From Candidatus Methylomirabilota bacterium (lineage in GTDB: Bacteria > Methylomirabilota > Methylomirabilia > Rokubacteriales > CSP1-6), in the NCBI GenBank assembly GCA_046726415.1, contig JBKPAK010000284.1, positions 1-21,830 of the forward strand: a stretch of 21,830 nt of DNA, in the 5' to 3' direction. Below are positions 15,795-21,830 of the stretch, in pieces. Below the pieces are notes generated by a model. It saw only the letters and a list, made by a program, of their open reading frames with translations. It made no database searches and was not told the DNA's origin. The position numbers and the translations under genes were made by a program. How positions within the stretch are numbered: position 1 is the first letter of the stretch; each line of letters opens with the position of its first letter.

Positions 15795-17659
15795 CCGGCC
15801 GCGGCCTGGCCGCCGTCGCGAGGTTCTTCGAGGGCTGGGGACTGTGGGTGGCGACGGTCCTGCTCCTGGCCGCCCCGCTCTTCGCCGACTACACGCCGTT
15901 CTACTTGGCCCTGCTCACCGAGGTGCTCGTGTTCGGCCTCTTCGCCCTGGCCTACGACATCCTGCTGGGGCACACCGGCGTGCTATCGCTCGGCCATTCT
16001 GCCTTCGTCGGCGTCGCCGCCTACGTGACCGGCCTGCTCCTCGTCAATCTCCGCACGATTCCCGTGGAGCTGGCCGTGTTGGCGGGCGCCCTGGGCGGTC
16101 TCGCCACCGCGCTGCTCGTGGGCCCGTTGGCCCTGCGCAAGCGCGGGGTGTACTTCGCCATGCTGACGCTCGCACTCTCCCAGGTCTTTTACTACATCGT
16201 CCTGATGTGGAAACCGACAGGCGGCACCGACGGCCTCGGCAACCTGCCGCGCCTCTTCCTGAGCGACGCGGTGGGAGGGTTCCGTCTCTCCAAGCGCCCG
16301 GTCGCCCTCTACTATGCGATTGCCGCCACGGTGTTCCTGGCCATGCTGGTGATCCGCCGCATCCTCCGCTCGCCGTTCGGGCGGGTGATGCGCGCCACCA
16401 AGGCCAACGAGCGCCGCGCCCAGGCCTGCGGGTACGACACGCGGCGCGTGAAGCTGGTGGCCTTCGCGCTCTCCGGGCTCTTCTCCGGCCTGGCCGGCGG
16501 GCTCCTGACGATCGCGCTCGAGTTCGTCCCCATCGAGAACATCCACTGGTCGATGTCGGGCACCGTGCTCATCATGACCCTCTTCGGTGGCACCGGTACT
16601 TTGCTCGGTCCCTTCGTCGGCTCCGCAGTGTTCGTGTGGATGCGCGACTTCCTCTCCAAGAAGCTCGAGTACTGGGAAGTGTTCGTCGGCGCCAGCTTCG
16701 TCCTCATCGTCCTGTTTCTGCCCGAAGGCATCGTGGGGACGCTGCGCCGGCTCGCGCGCGCGCGGCTGATTTGGATGGGGAGTCGCCAAGCGCTTGGGGC
16801 GTCCCAGTTGAGCTGGGGCCCCCCCGAGAGCTTGGGAGTTCTGACTGAGCCTGTCGCCTCCGACGCTCGGGGCACCCCGGTCAGGCCCGGGCACGCCTCG
16901 AGGGCCATCGGCGGCAACGGCGACAGGCCTCTTCTGGAGTCCCGCGGACTCACCATGCGCTTCGGTGGTCTGGCCGCCGTAGACGGGGTCGACTTCCGGG
17001 TGCGGCGCGGCGAACTGCGCGCCGTCATCGGGCCCAACGGAGCGGGCAAGACCACGTTCTTCAACATGCTCACTGGGGTCCTGCCCCCCACCGACGGGCG
17101 CATTGTCTTCAAGGGGCGCGACATCACCGCGCTGCCTCCCCACGCCGTGTCGCGGCTCGGCATGGCCCGCTCCTACCAGGTCACCAACGTCTTCGCGGAC
17201 CTGACGGTTTTCGAGAACCTCCGGATCGCCGCCCAGTCGCGGGCCACCACGTTCAGCGCCTGGCGCAATGCGGACGGCCTGACCGAGGTGACGGCGCGCG
17301 CCGAGCGCATACTCGCCCTGCTCGGTCTCGGCGCCAAGCGCGACCTGACCGCCGGGGCCCTCTCCCACGGTGAGCAGCGCTACCTCGAGATCGGCATCGC
17401 GCTGGCCACCGAACCGGAGTTCCTCCTGCTCGACGAACCCACCGCCGGGATGAGCCCGGAAGAGACGAAGCAGACGGCGGACTTCATCCGCACCATCGCG
17501 GGGACGGTGACCATCGTCCTCGTGGAGCACGATATGGAGGTGGTGATGGGGGTCTCTGACCGCATCACCGTGCTGAACTATGGGAAGGTCCTGGCCGAAG
17601 GCTCGCCCGCCGAGATCCGCCGGAACCCCGACGTGCGCCGCGTCTACCTGCGCGACTGA
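15791..17659 (+). CDS. Fused Liv-type ABC permease/ATP-binding protein (LivM-LivG)
   Basis: GTG 15791 overlaps the livH stop and follows GAGGA. The permease part has LLGHTGVLSLGHSAF, RKRGVYFAMLTLA, SPFGRVMRA and LPEGIVG. A linker leads to the ATPase part with FGGLAAV, GPNGAGKTT, LSHGEQRYLEIG, LLDEPTAG and VEHD. 622 aa. Confidence 0.92.
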   Translation: MTGRGLAAVARFFEGWGLWVATVLLLAAPLFADYTPFYLALLTEVLVFGLFALAYDILLGHTGVLSLGHSAFVGVAAYVTGLLLVNLRTIPVELAVLAGALGGLATALLVGPLALRKRGVYFAMLTLALSQVFYYIVLMWKPTGGTDGLGNLPRLFLSDAVGGFRLSKRPVALYYAIAATVFLAMLVIRRILRSPFGRVMRATKANERRAQACGYDTRRVKLVAFALSGLFSGLAGGLLTIALEFVPIENIHWSMSGTVLIMTLFGGTGTLLGPFVGSAVFVWMRDFLSKKLEYWEVFVGASFVLIVLFLPEGIVGTLRRLARARLIWMGSRQALGASQLSWGPPESLGVLTEPVASDARGTPVRPGHASRAIGGNGDRPLLESRGLTMRFGGLAAVDGVDFRVRRGELRAVIGPNGAGKTTFFNMLTGVLPPTDGRIVFKGRDITALPPHAVSRLGMARSYQVTNVFADLTVFENLRIAAQSRATTFSAWRNADGLTEVTARAERILALLGLGAKRDLTAGALSHGEQRYLEIGIALATEPEFLLLDEPTAGMSPEETKQTADFIRTIAGTVTIVLVEHDMEVVMGVSDRITVLNYGKVLAEGSPAEIRRNPDVRRVYLRD

Positions 17660-18363
17660 TGCTCCGCCTCGAGCACATCGACACTTACTACGGCCTGAGC
17701 CACATCCTGCAGGGTGTGTCGCTCACGGTCGACTCGGGAGAAGCCGTGGCCCTGCTCGGTCGCAACGGCGCCGGCAAGACCACGACGCTCAAGTCAATCA
17801 TGGGTGTGCTCAAGCCGCGGGCGGGCCGCATCACGTTCGAGGATCGCGACATCACGGGTGCCTCCCCGCACCGGATCGTACAGATGGGTATCGGTTACGT
17901 GCCCGAGGAGCGGCGGATCTTCCCGAACCTGACCGTCTACGAGAACCTCAAGATGGCGCGGCTCATGGTCAACCGCGGCCGGTGGATGGACGCCTACCTC
18001 GACCGGGTCTTCACTCTCTTCCCTCCCCTGCAAGCGCGCCTGCGCAACCGCGGGCGGTCGCTCTCAGGCGGTGAGCAGCAGATGCTCGCCATGGCCCGAA
18101 GCCTCGGCACCGAACCGCGCCTGCTCCTGATCGACGAACCGACCGAGGGACTCATGCCGGCGTTCGTCGAGACGATCAGCCAGACCATCCTCGACATCCA
18201 GCGCCAGGGGTTGGCGGTCCTCCTGGTCGAGCAAAACACGCGCTTGGCCCTCGACGCCACCCAGCGCGTCTATCTCATCGAGAAGGGCGTCATCCGTCAC
18301 CAGGGAACGTCGGCGGATCTCAAGGAGGACCCCGAAACCCGGCTTCGCTACCTCGGTGTGTGA
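17659..18363 (+). CDS. livF: Liv-type ABC ATPase, LivF family
   Basis: GRNGAGKTT, VPEERRIFPNLTV, LSGGEQQMLAMAR, IDEPTEGL, LLVEQN and RYLGV. TGATG overlap with the upstream gene. Confidence 0.93.
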   Translation: MLRLEHIDTYYGLSHILQGVSLTVDSGEAVALLGRNGAGKTTTLKSIMGVLKPRAGRITFEDRDITGASPHRIVQMGIGYVPEERRIFPNLTVYENLKMARLMVNRGRWMDAYLDRVFTLFPPLQARLRNRGRSLSGGEQQMLAMARSLGTEPRLLLIDEPTEGLMPAFVETISQTILDIQRQGLAVLLVEQNTRLALDATQRVYLIEKGVIRHQGTSADLKEDPETRLRYLGV

Positions 18364-18437
18364 GGAGGTCGGCAGTGTCTCGCCGCATGCGCTCTCCGAG
18401 CCACCTGCGAGGATCCACCCCTTGTGACCGGATCGTC

Positions 18438-21323
18438 CTATCGGGGCGGTGGCAGCGTCCCCAACGCTCGGAGCACGACGTCCGGCGTGATGGGGACCTG
18501 CGTCACCCGGGCGCCCAGAGGGGCCAAGGCGTCATTGACGGCATTGAGCACAGCCCCCGGCGCCCCCGACACGCCGGCCTCACCGGCCCCCTTGAAGCCA
18601 CCTTCGGAGTACGACGTCGGCGTCTCGGTGTGGCCGACCCAGATGTCGGGCACGTCGGCGGCCATGGGCACGAGATAGTCCATCATCGTCGTCGTGAGCA
18701 GCTGGCCCTGCGCATCGTAGATGCAGTGCTCCCACAGCGCATCGCCGAGGCCGTGCACGACACCGCCGCGAACCTGCTCTTCGACGAGCATGGGGTTGAT
18801 GATGCGCCCGCAGTCATCGGCCACCCAATGCCCGAGAAGCCGCACGACGCCCGTGGCGGTGTCGACCTCCACATAGGAGAGTTGCACGCCATTGACGTAG
18901 GCCAGGGGCTGATGCCTGGGGACGTAGTGGCGCGTGACAGTCAGCTCTGACTGGAAGTCCTTGGGCAACGTGTCGGGCCGGAAGTACGCGATGCGCCCCA
19001 GCTCACTCAGGGGCAGGCGCACCTCGCCCGTCCCGGCGTCCACGACCCGGCCCTGGCGAATGTCGAGAGTCAGAGGATCGACGTCGAGGACGACCGCCGC
19101 CACGTTCAGGATGTTTTCGCGCAGGGCCTTGCCGCTCAGCAGCGTGGCCTCGCCTCCGATGGCCGCCGCCCGGCTTCCCCAGGTCCCGCCGCCGTACGGG
19201 GTCACCAGCGTGTCGCCGGTCAAGACACGCACGTCCTCCACCGGCACGCCCACCGCGGTCGCCGCGACCTGGGCCAGGATGGTATCGGTTCCCTGCCCCT
19301 GCTCGGTGACACTGGCGATGACCGTGAGCTTACCGGTCGGCTCCAGCCGCGTGGTCGTCCCATCCTGGGAGCTGATCCGGGCCCCGCCCGTCCCATAGGT
19401 GGCCGCCCCGGGCGCAGTCAGATCGACAAAGACGCAGAGGCCGAGACCCCGGTGAACGCCCTGGCCGCGCAACCAGTCGCGCTCGCCACAGAGCGCAGGG
19501 TAGGTGGACATCTCCAGCACCTTGGCCAGCGACTCCTCGTGCGAGAGTCGTTCGAAGAAGAGGCCGGAGGGCGCCGTATAGGGATACATGTCCGCGGTCA
19601 CGAGGTTCCGGCGGCGGATCTCCACGGGATCCAGTCCCAGCTCGCGGGCGATGCGATCGATCGTCGCGTCCATCACGAGCGACGCCACCGGATGCCCGAC
19701 CGCGCGGTACTGCGACATCGGCGTCTTGTTCTGAAGGACGACTCGGCCGCGGGCGCGATAGTTTGGAAAGCGATACGGCCCCGGCGTGGTCCGGAGGACC
19801 TGGCCGCTCTCCACCACGCTGGACCGCGGATACATCGAGAAGGGACCCACCCCGGCCAGGTCGTCCACGGTCATCCCCAGAATCGTCCCGTCCCGCTTCA
19901 CCGCCACTTCGACGGTCACGCGATGGTCGCGCGAGTGGATGTCCGTCTGGAAGGATTCCATCCGATCCGCCACGAACTTCACTGGGCGCCCCAGCTTGAC
20001 GGCCAGCGCGCAGGTGGCCAGCTCGTCGGGATAGGTGTGGATCTTCAGGCCGAAGCTGCCCCCGACGTCCTTGGTGATCACGCGAACCTTGTGCTCGGGC
20101 AGGCGCAGGTGGCGCGCCAGGATGTCGTGGAGCATGTAGGGCGCCTGCCCGGAATGGTAGACGGTCAGCGCGCCATCCTCGGGCTGGTAGTCGGCGAGAA
20201 TTGCGCGCGGTTCCACGCTGACCACGGTGTGACGCCCTGTCACGTAGGTCTCGCACACCACCGCGTCAGCCTCCGCGAAGGCGGCGTCGACATCACCGGC
20301 ATCGATCTTCGTCTCGAGGACGAGATTGTCTCCCAGATCGGGGTGGATGACGGGGGACTCGGGCGCCAGCGCCGCTTCCGGGTCGGTCACCGGCGTCAGC
20401 GGCTCCCACTCCACCCGCACCCGCCCGCAGGCGTCTTCCGCGAGCGCCCGGCTCTCGGCGACCACCGCCACCACTGGCTCTCCCTGCCAGACGGCCTTCT
20501 CGACGGCCAGCGCATACTGCTTCGCCGACTTCATGCCGGGGTAATTGAGCAGCACCCCGACCCATCCCTCGCACAGCGACGCCATCTCCTGGCCGGTCAC
20601 CACCGCCACCACCCCCGGCAGCAACGCCGCCTCTCGCGTGTCGATGGCCATGATGCGGGCGTGAGCGTGGGGCGAACGCACGAACGCCGCGTGGGCCATC
20701 CGGGGCAGCGCAATGTCGTCGGTGTACGTCCCCCGGCCCGCAACCAGGCGCGCCGTCTGTGGCCGCACCACCGAGCGGCCGATGTATCCATCGTCTCCGG
20801 GTGGGATGGGCGGCGGCGCGGGCGCGCGCAACTCGGCCGCCCGGCTGATGGCGCGCACGATAGCGTGGTACCCGGTGCAGCGGCAGTAGTTGGCCGAGAT
20901 CGCTTCGCGGATGGTGGCATCGTCGGGTCGTCCTGCGACGCGGAGCAGGAGATCCTGGGCGGTCAGCAACATCGCGGGGGTGCAGAAGCCGCACTGCAGC
21001 GCATTCTCCTCGCGGAACGCGCGCTGGAGGGCGGCGATCTCGCCGCGCCCCGATACGCCCTCGATGGTCTCAACCCGACCGCCATCGGCCTGGGCGGCCA
21101 GCATCAAGCAGCCGCGGACGAGTTGGCCATCGACGCGCACCGTGCAGGCGCCGCACACACCGTGCTCACAGCCCACGTGAGAGCCGGTCAGGTCCAGCTC
21201 GGTGCGGAGGAAGTCCACCAGGTTGAGTCGCGGCTCCACCCGGCGGCGGACGCCCACGCCGTTCACGGTGAGCGCAATGGCCAGGGTCGAGCCGTCGGGC
21301 GGCGAGATCGACGTTGGATTCAC
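18438..21323 (-). CDS. Xanthine dehydrogenase/aldehyde oxidase-family molybdoenzyme with fused N-terminal 2x[2Fe-2S] domain (CoxS-CoxL-like fusion)
   Basis: Fe-S motifs GCEHGVCGAC..GC and QCGFC..NYCRCTGY. Mo-domain motifs YIGRSVVR, GRGTYTDD, VRSPHAHARI, DVGGSFGLK, QYRAVGHP, EQGQGTDT, GTWGSR, DCGRIINP and KGAGEAG (catalytic Glu). Confidence 0.93.
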   Translation of the reverse strand: MNPTSISPPDGSTLAIALTVNGVGVRRRVEPRLNLVDFLRTELDLTGSHVGCEHGVCGACTVRVDGQLVRGCLMLAAQADGGRVETIEGVSGRGEIAALQRAFREENALQCGFCTPAMLLTAQDLLLRVAGRPDDATIREAISANYCRCTGYHAIVRAISRAAELRAPAPPPIPPGDDGYIGRSVVRPQTARLVAGRGTYTDDIALPRMAHAAFVRSPHAHARIMAIDTREAALLPGVVAVVTGQEMASLCEGWVGVLLNYPGMKSAKQYALAVEKAVWQGEPVVAVVAESRALAEDACGRVRVEWEPLTPVTDPEAALAPESPVIHPDLGDNLVLETKIDAGDVDAAFAEADAVVCETYVTGRHTVVSVEPRAILADYQPEDGALTVYHSGQAPYMLHDILARHLRLPEHKVRVITKDVGGSFGLKIHTYPDELATCALAVKLGRPVKFVADRMESFQTDIHSRDHRVTVEVAVKRDGTILGMTVDDLAGVGPFSMYPRSSVVESGQVLRTTPGPYRFPNYRARGRVVLQNKTPMSQYRAVGHPVASLVMDATIDRIARELGLDPVEIRRRNLVTADMYPYTAPSGLFFERLSHEESLAKVLEMSTYPALCGERDWLRGQGVHRGLGLCVFVDLTAPGAATYGTGGARISSQDGTTTRLEPTGKLTVIASVTEQGQGTDTILAQVAATAVGVPVEDVRVLTGDTLVTPYGGGTWGSRAAAIGGEATLLSGKALRENILNVAAVVLDVDPLTLDIRQGRVVDAGTGEVRLPLSELGRIAYFRPDTLPKDFQSELTVTRHYVPRHQPLAYVNGVQLSYVEVDTATGVVRLLGHWVADDCGRIINPMLVEEQVRGGVVHGLGDALWEHCIYDAQGQLLTTTMMDYLVPMAADVPDIWVGHTETPTSYSEGGFKGAGEAGVSGAPGAVLNAVNDALAPLGARVTQVPITPDVVLRALGTLPPPR

Positions 21324-21647
21324 GGCGTTCCCAGACCGCCCAGAGGATCCCTTAGACCCACGACGAGCCCATCCGCACAGGGGGGCTCGCTGCGATAGGC
21401 GAGATCGCGGTCGGGCCTGGCCGGGTAGGCGGTGTCCGCGACGGCGCCCAAGCCGGTCCTACATTCCCGCGTCGAGCCCCACGCCAGCCGAAGGGCTGGA
21501 CACAGGCGGGCGGGGAAGCAGCGGTCCACGCCGGCCACGCTCATGCGCGCCACGCCGCGCTCGGCGGATCCGACCGGGGCGAGGGACAGCGGCCATGCGC
21601 GATATTGGCACCCCGGGCGACGACCGAGCAAGCGATCTGGGACGACC

Positions 21648-21830
21648 TTACGCGGCGGAGGAGGCGCCGTCCGCGGCGGCGGGGATCCAGGCGGTGAACG
21701 TCGTCCCCTGACCCTCCCGGCTTTCGACCTTCAGGTCGCCCCCGTGCGCCTTGACGATGTCGCGACAAATGGCCAGGCCCAGGCCGGTGCCTCGCCCGGC
21801 CGGCTTCGTCGTGAAGAAGGGCTCGAAGAC
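21648..21830 (-). CDS. Sensor histidine kinase, C-terminal HATPase_c fragment (5'-partial; not in the ORF track)
   Basis: Minus strand from 21830 reads [50 protein letters not shown]...*, containing the F and G2 boxes. TAA is at 21650-21648. Confidence 0.93.
   Translation of the reverse strand, partial: VFEPFFTTKPAGRGTGLGLAICRDIVKAHGGDLKVESREGQGTTFTAWIPAAADGASSAA

Noticed and set aside
18438..21323. Aerobic CO dehydrogenase (coxL)
   Set aside because: It lacks the AYRCSFR motif, and there is no coxM or cox accessory gene nearby.
340..21398. Long antisense or alternate-frame ORFs (e.g. 340-1767, 1365-2813, 3194-4612, 11468-13051, 15983-17530, 19452-21398)
   Set aside because: These are shadow ORFs expected in high-GC DNA opposite genes with clear family motifs, and they have no recognisable domains.
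1..21830. CRISPR arrays, IS/transposases, integrase, tRNA/rRNA, defence or retron-like systems
   Set aside because: I saw no regularly spaced repeats, terminal inverted repeats, recombinase/RT/nuclease motifs or RNA-gene signatures. Nearly all bases are explained by metabolic and transport genes or their remnants.

Overview
This is a high-GC bacterial accessory region. The gene content and style resemble Rokubacteria/Methylomirabilota-type soil bacteria, but the taxon is inference only. Intact genes: a partial FIST-domain gene, an LLM flavin oxidoreductase, a metal-dependent amidohydrolase, a deaminase-type amidohydrolase read in-frame into an M19 dipeptidase, one complete Liv-type ABC importer, the membrane and ATPase genes of a second Liv-type importer, a fused [2Fe-2S]/molybdopterin xanthine-dehydrogenase-family enzyme, and the 3' end of a histidine kinase. 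The theme is uptake and hydrolysis/oxidation of amide or N-heterocyclic compounds. The most striking property is active decay. There are three deletion junctions joining unrelated gene halves (about 6748, 7625 and 14215). Point lesions cluster at 6690-8180. Several tiny ORFs look like genes reduced to only their first and last codons, often keeping start/stop overlaps (1624-1703, 4318-4401, 13206-13333). I found no rRNA, tRNA, CRISPR array or transposase, and no clearly new defence-type or mobile system.
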